Below, in pieces: positions 49,501 through 63,325 of a stretch of DNA of 64,000 bases. The first letter of the stretch is position 1, and the number at the start of each line of letters is the position of its first letter. The stretch comes from Oculina patagonica (lineage: Eukaryota): the NCBI RefSeq assembly GCF_052425735.1, contig NC_135761.1:43958001-44022000 (forward strand), given 5' to 3'. Made by a program: the position numbers and the translations under genes. The notes under the pieces are model-generated. The model saw only the letters and a program-made list of their open reading frames with translations, was not told where the DNA came from and made no database searches.

Positions 49501-52500
49501 GTCCCGTACGCGCTTGATTTATAATTTCAGTGTCATGTGCTTTCAGTGCTTTCTGCCAATTCTGTTTTTCGGCGAAAACGAAAGAATACGGAATAAATAA
49601 ATTCATAACAAATTTATAAAGCAGAGTTTGTGGAACTAACCTTTATTCTCAATACCTTCGTCAGTCTGTGAAGTTTGTAAACTTGCAAATTAAAGTTTTC
49701 GTGCAGTCTTTTACTCTCGCGATGAATGACTCCGGCCACAATTTGCTAGATTCCCACGTCAAAGAACTTTAAAATCGTTGAATACATTTTGTCCCGTGAC
49801 AGTTTGCCTTTTTCCTTTCCTTTCTTTTGACTTTTAAAGCTTTAAGAGAACTTTTAAACGTTTTTGTCGCGTCGATTCGTGAGTTTTGTGTGTGAAGCTG
49901 AACCTGTGTTTTATTCTTTCAGCCGCTGTGATTGGTTTACCGCGTCATCCGATAAACTTGTTGAAAATAAGACACGACAAAAAAATAGATTCCTCTTTCT
50001 TTGACGAACGTTTTCTATAGTTATTTCATAAAAGCAATAAACCGCACTTTCTAGTGCTTTACTGGCGCTTTACTCGAAAAGCTAGTAAATCACTCGCCTG
50101 ACGGCTCGTGATTTACAAGCTTTTCTCGTGTTCTCCCAACATCCCAAGTGGATTTATTACGCCAAAAAAGACCTAGAAAGTGCGGTCTATTGCTTAAAAA
50201 AAAGGCCAAGAAAGAAATTTAAAAGTTGACCTACGCGACTGTTCTCGCTGACGGGTACACCTACCAGACAAGATATTTGTGGCCCATTTTATTTTAGCTC
50301 ATATACCATGGCTTGTTAACCAATCAAAACTCAGGAATTACAATAAACCATGGCTAGTTTTTAATAATGGCAAATGCTAGTTACTATTGCATAGAAAAGA
50401 TTAGTTTTCGATAAATTTGGCCTCCGTTTCAAATCTGTCAACTTTTAGTTTCTCAGTTACCAACCATATTTTTGAATATAGTTTAACAGAAAAAGAAGTT
50501 CCTGTAATTAGGCCTCTTTTTTAAGCTTGGGTCTGATATTACAATCATTTTTACACCTGCAGGTGTTTTTAGCGGAAATGTATCGGTTGATACTGACTTT
50601 ATACGAGTGGACGTCGTAACTTGCTCGGGAGAGACGAAGAGTGATGTACACATGCACGTCTCTCCTAAAAAGGACGTTCTTGGGCGGCAAATGAAGCCTG
50701 GTGGTATTCCACTGAATGTTGCATTGATTATGTTTGACTCCACATCAGCTGCTAATTTTAGACGAAAAATGCCAAATAGTTTGGAATATCTGACAAAGAA
50801 TCTGAACTCTATCTTACTTCAAGGTGAGTTGACTTAATCAGACTACGTTTCCTTAATATCCCTTTGAAGTGTGTTTACTTAAGAGCTATATTCGGAGAGT
50901 TTGGAGAATCGAAAGAAACTCGCCCAAATTCGAATTTTTTTTATTTCGCCAAAACATTGCTTTAGGTGAACTTATTCGAGGAAAAATAGTTTTAAGTTTC
51001 AGCGTTTTATTTTACGGGCGAAATTTGAAAAGTTTTGAAGTGTTTGAAATTTGGATACAATGGCCGTTTTCGCCGCTTTGAAGGTTCAAATTTTCACACT
51101 TCTTTGAGAAAACAGCGGAGGCGTTAAAACAATCCTATTAAAACGAAACTAAGCACAAATATTATTTTACCCTTACACTTTAAAGCCGTGTAATAATTTG
51201 CTCAAATTGTTATTTGTAGCTTTTGAACTGGGCGTATTAATTCAGTCGCCATTTGTGTCTCGCCCACGAAGGACAAAATAAGGCCAACCTTGACTGCTGT
51301 AAATGGCCACTGGTATATATCATTTGGTCAAAATATTTACATGTTTAGAAACCATTGTTATTGGTCTTTACACCAGCAAAGTTTCAGCTCTGGGAATCCA
51401 ATATTTTTCCGTCAGTAAAATAAACTGTCATGGCATATTAGCGAGTTGTATTTTATGCAAATTACACGGTTAAAATACATTTCACAATGAAATCACTAAC
51501 AAGAATGAACGACTCACCGCTACTTATCCTTGTTTATGCTGCTGAGCATTTGCTGACGATATCACTTCAACTTCCAGTGTCCTGCTGAGTCTTTTGACAA
51601 AATATATCCGGTGATGATGAACTTGCACGAGCGTAAACCAACGACCACTTCATCAATAAACTCGACAGCAGGAAATTTGATATCCGCGAATTGACATCTG
51701 AGTGGCGCTGATTTGCCCGGTTTTCATCGCTCTCTTTAAAAGTCTTATGAAAACATGGTAAACTATGCACTCCTAACTGCAAAATAATCAGTTTTTATCG
51801 ATACATTGACGACTTCCAGGAGAATTATTTGTTTAGAAATGCGTGAGCGAAGAAATCGGACTGACCTTTGAATTGACCCCCGCGTCGTCACGTTACTTCC
51901 TTTCGTCACGCGTTGAATTAAAAATGTAAAAATTGAAAGAGTGACATATCACATATAAGATACCTTGTTAAAAGATCGTAACACTACACTTGTCTAGATT
52001 GCGAAAAATAGCAAAGTCTTTTATTAGAACTTTTTCTGTTAAACAATTACAATGTTTTTAAAATACCTCCGAAAGTAAAATGATTATAAACTTGAACTAA
52101 TGTTGTGACTATCTTCTGTATCTCACTTCGACTCGCTTCTGCTGTCGAAGAAGTATTTATTACCTCCATAGGTCATGTTGTGTCGGAGAAAATAAATGTT
52201 AATTTTTTTTTTAAATAAAAGGCAATAAGGAAACATGAAATCCGCAGCGCGTATTTGTATACCGTGCTGTTAGATTCATTTTTATGTGGACGTGATTATA
52301 GCGTGCACATAAAATCTTCTATGCACGTCTAAATAAAAAGTATATAAGTATGAATTTGTAACAATGAGGAACTGATTATCTCCCTTTTTAAGCTATCGGT
52401 CCCACAAGCACTTTAATAAGCGTTTTAATTGGCAGCAACGCAAACCTGTAATCAGTCACGCTTTGCGTCGCTAGCTATATTTTTGTCGTTGCTTTATCCT

Positions 52501-55500
52501 TTTAATTTCCAGTCTAAAAATCAAATCTATTTTCAGTCTTACGGTTCTTTTTCCTTATTTCACATTTGGCCACATTCTACACAGCATTCGCTTTTATAGA
52601 GAGCCTTCTAAAGTAGCCAGGTGACAGACATACGCACAATCGCATACGCCGGAAAAGACGAGTACACGGTTTCTTTTGGAATGAGTGATAATTGGCGCAA
52701 TTCCTTCCTATAAAATTTTATAGTTTAGCCGGGTGCTGTAAAATACACATAACATCGGAACAAAATGATGGAGAAGGCATTTTCGAGATTCTTGATCCAA
52801 AAAAACTTCCTCGGCGGACCTCCTCCGCCAATAACATCTCGAAAATGATCACTTTAGATTGACCAAGCCTACAGCAATTCAAAAAGCTGGCTACGCCCCT
52901 CAAAGGGTATTAGAAAAACGGACACTTTCATACACGTCCAATCAGCAAAGCAAAAGAAGATCTTATACAAGAGTCGGATAACAAGGCTGTACAGTAACCT
53001 TGTATTTCTGTTTCGAAATATCAATACCAATAAAAAAATAAAATATATGCATGATTCTTTAGTTTTTAAGCAGCTCCGCAGGGGCGGATCCAGGATTTTT
53101 CTTAGGAGGGGGTGCAAAGTAACTGACTAGACTCGACCGGTGACAAAACAAACTTTAACAACGAATACGAAAGGGTACCTTTTTTAAAAGGGCCAGGATT
53201 TCACAAGTTTAGGTATACGAAAAGGCATGGAAATCTGTCATTTAGGTTTTTAAAAGGGTCTTTAATTAAAATATTTCGAACAGTTGCAATTTATGGCTCT
53301 ACATGAAAACGACAAGACAACGTCGTGTTCTAAGTGTAGTGCCAGGTCTTTCAGGTGTATGAAAGGGATACCTTTATCAGTAAAAGGTATACGAAAAGGG
53401 TTTAATTTCTGTCAAGGTGGTATATAAAGGGATAAGGAGTTAGCCTTCGGAGCGGAGCCTCCCCGTATAAAGCTTTTTGGGGTATCCCGCCCACCCAGGC
53501 ATAGCGATCCTGCAACCTTCTGTCGGTATTCTGACTCCTGAAAATATCTGTCAACAGGAGTGATGCGAACACAACCTGTCCAAACATAGAGAAGCAATGA
53601 ACACGCTGTAAACAGTGTAAGCTGGTTAGACCTTTTAGCATCCAAAACAAGCACGCTTCTCGCGTGGGCGTGCGCGAGGTTCGCGTTTGCCGCTTGCTCC
53701 ATTTCCGCTGTTCTGTCAGCAAGAAAACTGAGAAAATCCGGGCACGATTGATGACAAGATGCTCATAAGAAGACAAAGTGAAGCGTTACCTGCTCTAGCT
53801 AACAACAACTTCCATTCACTATCAAGGGAATATTAATCATCTCCACTTAGGCCGTATAACTGACGATGTCCCGTGATGTCTCTATTACAATCTCTCAATG
53901 ATAAATATTCTTCTTGGCCCGGATAGTCCCTGCTTGATCCACAGGCGGTCGCGTCATCCAGTAAAGCGGAGAAACCACACGATGAAGATGCCATACGCAA
54001 AAGTAGGTCCAAAAACAAACCATTTCCACAGTCCACTAACCAGCCGTAATTTATTGTAGCCCGTAGCCTTGTTGCGAAAGTTATAATTTGATTAGTAGTA
54101 AAACTACGACATGTGCGATGTTGCAACTTCCTGAAACATGTACATATAATAATATAATTATGAAAAACCTCCAAAAGCTTTGTTAACTTTTTTTCTAATC
54201 AAGAATAAGTGTACTGTTTATACAATCTTTTGAAAATCTTTTCATTTGTTTCATTTTAAATACCGTGACGGAAGGAAGTAACGTGACGACGCGGGGGTCA
54301 ATTCAAAGGTCAGTCCGATTTCTTCGCTCACGCATTTCTAAACAAATAATTCTCCTGGAAGTCGTCAATGTATCGATAAAAACTGATTATTTTGCAGTTA
54401 GAAGTGCATAGTTTACCATGTTTTCAAAAGACTTTTAAAGAGAGCGATGAAAACTGGGCAAATCAGCGCCACTCAGATGTCAATTCGCGGATATCAAATT
54501 CTGCTGTCGAGTTTATTGGTGAAGTGGCCGTTGGTTAACGCTCATGCAAGTTCATCATCACCGGATATATTTTGTCAAAGACTCAGCAGGACACTGGAAG
54601 TTGAAGTGATATCGTCAGCAAATGCTCAGCAACATAAACAAGGATAAGTAGCGGTGAGTCGTTCATTCTTGTTAGTGATTCATTGTGAAATGTATTTTAA
54701 CCGTGTAATTTGCATAAAATACAACTCGCTAATATGCCATGACAGTTTATTTTACTGACGAAAAAATATTGGATTCCCAGAGCTGAAACTTTCCTGGTGT
54801 AAAGACCAATAACAAAGGTTTTTAAACATGTAAATATTTTGACCAAATGATATATACCAGTGGCCATTTACAGTAGTCAAGGTTGGCCTTATTTTGTCCT
54901 TCGTGGGCGAGACACAAATGGCGACTGAATTAATACGCCCAGTTCAAAAGCTACAAATAACAATTTGAGCAAATTATTACACGGCTTTAAAGTGTAAGGG
55001 TAAAATAATATTTGTGCTTAGTTTCGTTTTAATAGGATTGTTTAAGCGCCTCTGCTGTTTTCTCAAAGAAGTGTGAAAATTTGAACCTTCAAAGCGGCGA
55101 AAACGGCCATTGTATCCAAATTTCAAACACTTCAAAACTTTTTAAATTTCGCCCGTAAAATAAAACGCTGAAACTTAAAACTATTTTTCCTCGAATAAGT
55201 TCAGCTAAAGCAATGTTTTGGCGAAATAAAAAAAAAATCGAATTAGGGCGAGTTTCTTTCGATTCTCCAAACTCTCCGAATATAGCTCTTAATCTCGTTC
55301 TCAAAAACAGTCTATTTGAACTTGTCTTTCAAAAAGGGCAGACTAATAGAGTAACTCTTACAGACTAATAATTGACTGACTGACTGACTGTCAGACTGAG
55401 TGACAGAATGACTGACAGAATGAAAGACAAAGAGACTGACCGACTGATTTACTGGCAGACTTACAGACTAATACTGATAAACTGACAGACTTGCAGCTCA

Positions 55501-57129
55501 GAGACAGACAAACAGACAAACAGACAGACAGACTGAATGATGGACAGACTGAATAACTGACTGACTGAGTAACTTGCATATCAATTTATACCAACACGCA
55601 CTATATTAATAAACGAAACCGTGGTGGTTTAAGTGCTCTGCGAGGTTGGCAAGCAGCCATTGAATGTATTTGACTGAAAAGTATCGGGCTGCCAAGTTTT
55701 GGAACATTTTTAATGATAAATTTTAATAAAAATCTTCAAACAGTAAAACGTACTATAATCATTCTTGGGAACAAGGGCATTCATTGCGTTTAAGTGACAC
55801 TTGGTCGTGCATCCCTTTTTTGATTGACAGGTGAGACAATCGTAGGAGATGGTACCACCGCTCAGCTATCAGCATTGTTAACTGGAATTGAAGAGAAAGA
55901 GCAACCAGAAGCTCGACGGAGAAAGGGCTCGTCTCAGCCAGTTGACAATTGGCGGTGGATTTTTAAAGACTACAAAGAGAAAGGATATGCTACGATGTTT
56001 TCCGAAGACTCGCCACAACTTGCATCTTTTAATTACCGTCTGAGCGGTTTCCAAGATCCACCAACAGACCATTACGCGAGGCCTTTCTGGCTGGAAGCAC
56101 TCACCATCATGAGAGGATTTAAACTTGTGCATTAACAGCCGAGCATCTCATGACGTGTCTTTGAAATACTTGTTAAGTTTTTTTCGCGGATACAAGGACA
56201 GACCAAAGTTTGCCTTCTCATCTCACGCTGAGATTTCACACAGTTCCGTGAACACGGTTGGTTATGGAGACGACGATCTGAAATCTTTCTTGCAGACGAT
56301 GGAGAAAGAATCACATCTAGAAAATACTATGTTGATCATTTTTGCCGACCATGGACCGCGGTTTTCTAATTTCAGAAAAACAATCCAAGGAAAACTGGAA
56401 GAACGCTTTCCATTCATGTCAATCACGACACCAAAATGGTTTCCTGGTAAATACCCAGACCTCTACAATAACCTAGTTCATAATTCCCGCGTGCTTACAT
56501 CGCCCTTTGATGTTTATGCTACCTTACGTCACATCCTATCATATCCGGAATATCCAAGCGGGATTGTAATCGGCCAAAGCTTGCTTAGCCGGATTGACGA
56601 GAAAAATCGCACGTGCGCAAGTGCAGGTGTTGAAGATCATTGGTGTCCCTGCCTTGATTTGGAAGAAGTGCCCAGTGATGAGCCAGTGGTTAACGAACTA
56701 GCGAAATTTGTGGTGCAACACATGAATGATCTGACGTCAGAAAATGATGAACTAACAAGGTTATGCCATCGGTTGGTTTTAAAGGAAGTTAAAAGCGCAT
56801 TCCGGGAGATGCCAAAAGAAGCCATGCAGAGATTTCGGGGCAGCAAAAATGGCGCTGGTGACGCCTGCGATGCTTGTGAAGCGGTGTTGGGTGAAAAATC
56901 CAAAAACACACTTGAAAGAGATACGTTGTATCAACTACAACTTATAACATCCCCTAATGAGGGATTTTACGAGGCTTCTGTTCGGGTTAACAAGGGTATT
57001 CCTTCAGTTGTAGGAGATATCAGTCGGATTGACGCTTACAAAGATCAGCCATATTGTATTATGGAAACGTTTCCTCTTTTGCGAAAGTACTGTTATTGTT
57101 CCCCGAAAACTTCCGTAAAAGAACAGTGA
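46587..57129 (+). CDS. DUF229-family (alkaline phosphatase/sulfatase-like fold) type II membrane protein, with one +1 frameshift in the last exon
   Basis: Exons 46587-47196 (or -47250), 50563-50823 and 55831-57129, all phase 1. N-terminal TM (VFAVLLVVISLVSLVL). Motifs CKLPELDPFHP, NVALIMFDSTS..NFRRKMP, G..IVGDGT, GYATMFSED, GF..PPTDHY.RPF, SH, FADHGPRF, GKLEERFP, LTSPFDVYATL, R.CA.AGV..HWC.C, ISRI..Y..Q..C......LRKYCYC. Frame crossover lies between 56113 and 56135. Confidence 0.88.
46695..46922 (+). repeat. 114-bp (38-aa) in-frame tandem duplication in the DUF229 stem region
   Basis: VLQRTLLLNSSAKTFLGFTTPKIKNESRVLFSKNEDNS / VLQRALLLNSSVNTFIGSITPRVENKSRIWRSQNEDDS. Confidence 0.92.
50883..55288. 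mobile_element. 4.4-kb DNA transposon with ~1-kb TIRs, probably a defective Sola3
   Basis: TTAA TSD (50879-50882, 55289-55292); termini GAG...CTC; near-identical inverted arms 50883-51910 and 54264-55288; transposase-like remnant inside. Confidence 0.85.
53790..53994 (-). pseudogene. Putative first exon of the element's transposase, with an in-frame stop
   Basis: MASSSCGFSALLDDATACGSSRDYPGQEEYLSLRDCNRDITGHRQLYGLSGDD*YSLDSEWKLLLARAG|GTAACG. It lies just inside the right TIR, reads inward and ends at a splice donor. It resembles, from memory, the C..CG...L..C..DI..H...E..L.LARAG N-terminus of cnidarian TE-derived proteins. Confidence 0.6.
55370..55570. repeat. Degenerate (GACT)n/(GACA)n microsatellite
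   Basis: Direct reading. Confidence 0.9.
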
Positions 57130-57920
57130 AAAAGTTTTACTTATTCTTGGGAACGCAACCATGTTAAGTGTGTAGCACACTTCACATTTATTTTACTGCG
57201 TCAAAATAGTGTTGAGAATTGTTGTTGTTTAATTCTCTTGAGAATTGTTGTTGAATTCGCCAAATAATAAAAGTTCTTGAGTATAGATCTGAAACAATGC
57301 TAACAACTTCGGTGTACAAAGAAGTAAGTTACCTGTTAGTTGCGGAAAATTTGAGAGTAATTACATCGATGTGGCTTTAATTCAACTAAAATGAACACTG
57401 AACACGGAGCATTGGAATTTTAAAGGGTGGTTTTACTGTGTCGTTGAAAAAAAAAATCGTTTCGAGCCTCCGAAGGAAACATACGAAAACTGAGAGAAGG
57501 CCCTCTTGTGTCACGTTCCCAGGTAGGATTTCGCCCTGTTTTCCTGTATCTTGAGATTTTTAAACTGTTTTTTCCTCGTATCACACACCCCTTAACGACT
57601 TCTGCTATTTTTTGAAAATTTTGAAATACCATGTGATTCTCGCTGCCACCGATGCACCAGCCCAACATGGAGTGGAATGCGAAAGTTCTCCACACAGTAC
57701 ACCCCCACCCCCACCCCCAAAATAAAGCTTTTAGCTTTTAGTTTATTATCAGCTAAACGTTGATGAGGTGTTTTCACTGCAGCTGTTTACATAACGCGAT
57801 ACGATTGTCTTTTCAAGAAAATATGAGGGCTTTTTAATTTATGAGTTACTAGAGCTTTTATGTTCTGTCGGAGCAAGAACTAAAGTTACCGGCTGACAAA
57901 TGTTGACGAATAAAATAGTT

Positions 57921-58221
57921 AAGGTTATGTCACACGGGACGATTTTTTAACAGCAATTTTAATTATTGATTTTTTAATCTATATTGCTTTTAAAAAGTTG
58001 TCCCGTGTAACATTGTTGCGACAACCTTATGTTCCACGAGTCGATTTTTAAGTTTTTTTAAAGAAGTTAAACACCTGCAACATGTTGCCGCAACAAAATC
58101 TTGCCGTTAAACTGAGCGTTACATGTAAGCGTGACATGTAGCACGATAGTAATTTTTATCGATTCAAACGCAGCAACGTTGTGTTGAAAACCGTCATTAA
58201 AATTGTCTCGAGTAACATGAC
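57921..58221. mobile_element. Degenerate Harbinger-type MITE
   Basis: AAGGTTATGTCACACGGGACGATTTT ... AAAATTGTCTCGAGTAACATGACT; resembles the element at 30663. Confidence 0.55.
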
Positions 58222-61200
58222 TACAAACATCGTACAACTTATCGTAGTGAAGAAAAAAGCCCTAAAGTGTGGAACATAAATTTACCTCTCAAAATAGTCA
58301 CTTAAGCTACCCCGAATAGTAAACAAGCGCTTGTCATATAAATTATTCATTCAAGTCACATTATTCGCCAACCATTAACTAATATTCCACATTTTACCAG
58401 CGCTGTATCTTTGTAATTCGAGTACCTCCGAGGTATGGCAAAGCGGGGACACTTTTAGTGCAGAGGATTATTGAATTCTACAGTGGTGTAAGTCTAGCGC
58501 AAGTCTTTGTCTAAATCGATTTAACTCTGCACGCAAATATTGCTTGCATGAGAGTGCTTTTGTTATTCTATGTGTGGACATCTTTGTTTGGATACTAAGA
58601 AACTTCACTCAATTTAGTATTTTAATGCAGGCATTTTTCTGCCTAGAATAGCCGATGTACATCCAAACGCGCTTCTCAAAAAGGTGCAGTGCTTAAAGGT
58701 GCCTGGGTGCAGTTATTTTTACGTTATGCCGTCTTAAAAAATAATTTTGTAGCAGGTTGTAAAACTGTAGGTTTAAGAATAATTACTGGCGTCAAGCTGA
58801 GCAGTTTTATCACGTTTTTCTTTCGGCAGGGGCAGAGTGACTGTTTATCATTTTGCCTGAAAGAGGTTAGTACACACTGTGCAAAAAATTAAATTGAACA
58901 AAAAAGCTGTTGGAATAGTCAAAAGATCGAACGAAGGCTTCATTTGTAATTATCGTGCGAAGAAGCAATTTACATTTTAGCGAAATGTTCTTTGAAGAGT
59001 GAAAAATATTGTTAAACATATTGCCAAATTTCATTTTGTTTAGATATCAATAAAGCCTTTTCCATATTACTAACTTAGCCGAGAGACGGAGAGAATTTTA
59101 TTCAACAAATAAAAAAAAAAAAAAAAACAGTTCTGGCTAGATATTCTTATACTGTGAAAAGCACTCAAGTAAGGGGGAATTTATTATTGAACTAAACGAA
59201 CTTGACAACGTCACAAACATGACTTATGATGTTCTTCAAATTAATTCACGGACAAAAATTACAATATAAAATTGTCACCTTGAGTCGATTTATAACGCAA
59301 TTTTAAAGATTCGTACAACAATGTTACGCGTTTTATGTACATTTCGCCGATCAAAGATATATTAAAAATAAGGTTAAAAGCTGTTAAAAATATGAATTAA
59401 CGTTTTCGATCAATGTGATCATCATCAGAGTGAAAAGCTGCATTAAGCTGGGTGTCTTTATAGTTTAGGCTTAACCGTTACGTAATGCCAGTTCCTCATG
59501 GGGAAAAAAGTTAGGTCAAATGATTGGGCTTGTTTGTAAAGTTCTGGATGGAACGTGCGATGTAAAACGCTTCTTTTACTCTCCTATTCATCCATGAATA
59601 AGTGGCCATGGTGCATAGTTTGTAAATTTAAGCCTCAAAAAACTAGAACAATATTCAAACTAACAAAAGTAATACCCAAGCAGCAGGGTGCGTCGGTTAA
59701 ACCATAGTTTACAAATGAAGAACGTTTGACGTTTCGTTTGGCACGTTTACGTGCAAGAAGACATAAAATATGCAAAACAACGGCTGTTGGTAAAACCCGT
59801 GACGGTCAAATTTGATAAAACACGTGACGGCTATGTCCGTGATGGATCCGTGACATATCCATGACGGATAGATTCTTACATATTTTTCTAGATATTATAT
59901 TATAGATACTTATAGACTGATCTATGGAAAGGAGAAATAGCTAGTTATGGGTCCTACAATAGATAGAGTGAGTCAATTTCGTGAAATCCGTGACGACTAG
60001 AAGTTCCGTGACGGTTTTTTGCAGTGACTCTCCCCAACAAAGCAAGGGTGAAAAATAACGGGGCGAGAGTCAAAAAACAAATAACAAACAGCAAACTTTG
60101 CATTCTGTAGTGTTTATTATCTTGTAAAAGTTTTCTCTGGAATTTCGATAACGATTTCCCTCACGAAGATATGGACCAAAAACTATAACCTAACATTAAG
60201 CTTTCTAAGCTCAGTAATGTTAACATTTTAGGACTGTCACAAACTACGTTACGTTAAAGTCTGATCATTCAAAGGCTTATCAGAATTAACTATAGCTATC
60301 TGGGTTGGTGTGACCGCAAAGACGACCGTAATTAGTACATTTAAGTATGCCGTTTGTAACTAAAGGCTATCCAGAACTAACCGTAGTTAGCGGCGTTTAT
60401 AATACTACCGCCAATGTAATGCAGGCAAATGTTGCTTGCATGAGAGAGCTTTTGTTGTTCTATATGTAAACATGTTTGGTTTTTATCTTCCGATGCTGTG
60501 AAATGGTACTTGTTATTTTTTTCTTTGTTTGTGAGCGGGGGGTATTCTACAAATCCTGCGATCTAATTGGTTCCGGGAGCGGGCGGTATTCTGCCATCCT
60601 GCTCGCTAACAGTGGGTGGTTTCCGTTGCGAGATGAGTCGTCGAGTGCCGTGTATTTTCTGCGAAAAATCATTTTGCCGTGTTGTACGAAAGAACACGTG
60701 AAAGAATTGATCTGTAAAATCGAAATAGCTGCTTACCAACCGTTGTTTATGTGAAAGGACAAACTATAAAAGCAATTAAAGGCTTCGAAGTTCTTCAAAA
60801 GGCGAGTATTCATTCCTTTATCGACAAGATCGAGTTCTAGTTTCGTAGTTCGTGGTTCTTTGTGCATTTAGCATTGCCGATACCGGTAAGCTGAACCGGT
60901 TTTACACTTCAATTTTGTGTAAAAACTATCTTTTTTATCGGCCACTTTTTGCAAAACAAAACACTCGTTGCCATAATTCAAGAAAATGAGATTCTTTTAT
61001 TAAAAACAGTCAAAATAATTTTCGCAATATTGTGCCGTACGTTCAAACTACGCATTTCATTTAGTTTCACTCTCGCACTGTTTTATATCACAAAGAAATT
61101 CTGCTGGGAATCAACGCAGAATTTATTATGTATAGCGTTTAGTGTATAGCTATACCGAAATTGTCTTTCGGTCAAATGGTATTTTTTTAGTGAGAGAAAT

Positions 61201-61400
61201 TAATATCCTACGAACAGAGTTCTTTTCATAACATTCATCGACAAGCCGGAATCAACGTTTAGTTTTGTCAGTGATAATGCTTTGGCTCGATTTTACATTT
61301 ATTATATATTTACTACTTCAATTTCTTTAATTGAATCTCTTCAGTGTAAATTTAATATGCTGAAACTTTCTGTGGGTGCAGTTCATTTAAGCGATTCATT

Positions 61401-61612
61401 TAAGTGATTCCACGGCATGGAAGTTGTGATTGCCATAGCTTCCATTTCGCGGGAAAAGATTGCATCAAGACACTAGAGTATAGTGCTAATTATATATTGG
61501 GGACATAATAGTTCCCCATACATAACATTCCTACCCGATGATTCAACAGGCAATCTTTTCCCGCGAAATGGAAGCTATGGCAATCACAACTACCATGCCG
61601 TGGAATCACTTA
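61401..61612. mobile_element. 212-bp foldback MITE with 63-bp arms
   Basis: 61401-61463 and 61550-61612 are reverse complements with a single mismatch, bounded by TA. Confidence 0.85.
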
Positions 61613-62655
61613 TTATAAAGGGGTTCAATTCTCTTAACTAAAAATCTAAAAGCAGCGTGTTTATCCGAAAATTTCGTCATCGTCGTGTAGTTTTAAGAAC
61701 GCAGAATTCCGAGATGCCCTCCTACTTTTTAGTGCTGAAATGCAAATTTTTGTACCACGATTTTCAACTGGCCCACATGGGGATTGTAAGTGAGATAAAA
61801 CAAAGAACGACCAAGTCAACAAACAACCTCCAAACAATGAAGCAAGAACAATAGCTCCGACCGGCGCGGGAATATTCGATCGCCACGATTTCATTGCCAT
61901 TTCCGTGATGGTTTTATTTCATAACAAACACCACATATTGACACCAAGAACCTTTCTGGAGAAATTTTCGCTGCTTTAAAGACACAACTTAGAAAGCCTT
62001 TTTTTCATTACTGTTTAAAAAAATAATCGAACTCTCTCACTGGTCCCATGTTGTTATTGTTTTGGCAATTTCACGAAGAAAGGAGCTGCTCAAATGACTT
62101 CCACCCCGATGATTGCTTTGCAAGTTGTGAGAGCATCGCTCAGATTTCATATAAGAGAATGTATGGGAAGGTGGTTCCCCCCCCCCCCCCCCCCCCTGGA
62201 TCAAGCGAACAGCTTCATCTCTAATTATCGTGCTGGCAAGCAAATTACATTCTAGCGAAATTTTCTTAAAATAACTTTACAGTGATAAATATTATAAAAC
62301 AAATTGCCAAATTTTACTTTGTTTTATTATGAATGATGACTTTTTTTGTCATTCCTTACTTGGCCACGAGAGACAGGGAGAATTATATTAGCAAACAAAG
62401 AACTGAAGGTTACAAAAAAGATTTGCATTTTGTAAAATAGGTACGCATTGCATTTTGTTTCAGTGTTACCTGATGCTGTGTGTTATTGTGAATTTCAGTG
62501 TGTCATTAGGGGAAGAGAAATGTTTATTTTGTAGTTATTGGTAAATATTATTAAATGGCTTGCCTTTATGATATGTAAATATATGTCACCTTTTATCCTG
62601 CCTAAACATTAAACTAAAAATTTAAATGTGCTATAAACTGTCTTGCAGAACGATA

Positions 62656-63269
62656 ATGATGCATCAGATGTCAGTTCCAAAGCTACTGGTTTTACTTGTT
62701 TATGTGTTGTATGCAAAAGGTAGACTTTTAATTTATTTATTGGTCAATTTATTTTTTTTTGCTCAAAATATTCTAATTTATAGCATACCTAGCAGAGCAG
62801 GTGAATTAAATTCAATATATGTAAGTGTGTACCATAACCCAAAAGTTCACGCTAGTCAGTATATAGCGTGAGCAAATCGCTTCGACAGACCTTTTTTATG
62901 TTCGTATGAGATGTGGGGCTGATCTTGCTGTACATTATCACCGGCAATGTAATAAAACAATTGGTCAGCACGCTTGTAGCAGTGCAGTATCTAGCTACGG
63001 TGCACGCAGGAAGTTTGGAGAGCACTCAAGAAGCTTGAACCAAACCAGCATTTGTTTTCTATACCATTAGCTTAGATTTTCGCTTTCTACGATTAAACTG
63101 ATGACGTCACTTCTTTTTTGCGCCGATAAAATGTAAACGGACGGTACAGCTAAACACGCAGTAAGATGCTTTGATTGTGTGCATGTTAACTCTCCGCTGG
63201 AGATTTTCCTTAATTTTTAATATGTCTGTTGAGACTTTCAGTTTACACATCCACTCAAAGGGTAGTGTG

Positions 63270-63325
<56 letters not shown>

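Noticed and set aside
50883-55288. piggyBac or Kolobok assignment, or an assembly-artefact inversion
   Set aside because: piggyBac ends start CC; 1-kb TIRs with GAG ends fit Sola3 better than Kolobok; the arms differ at scattered sites and have a clean TTAA TSD, which argues against an artefact
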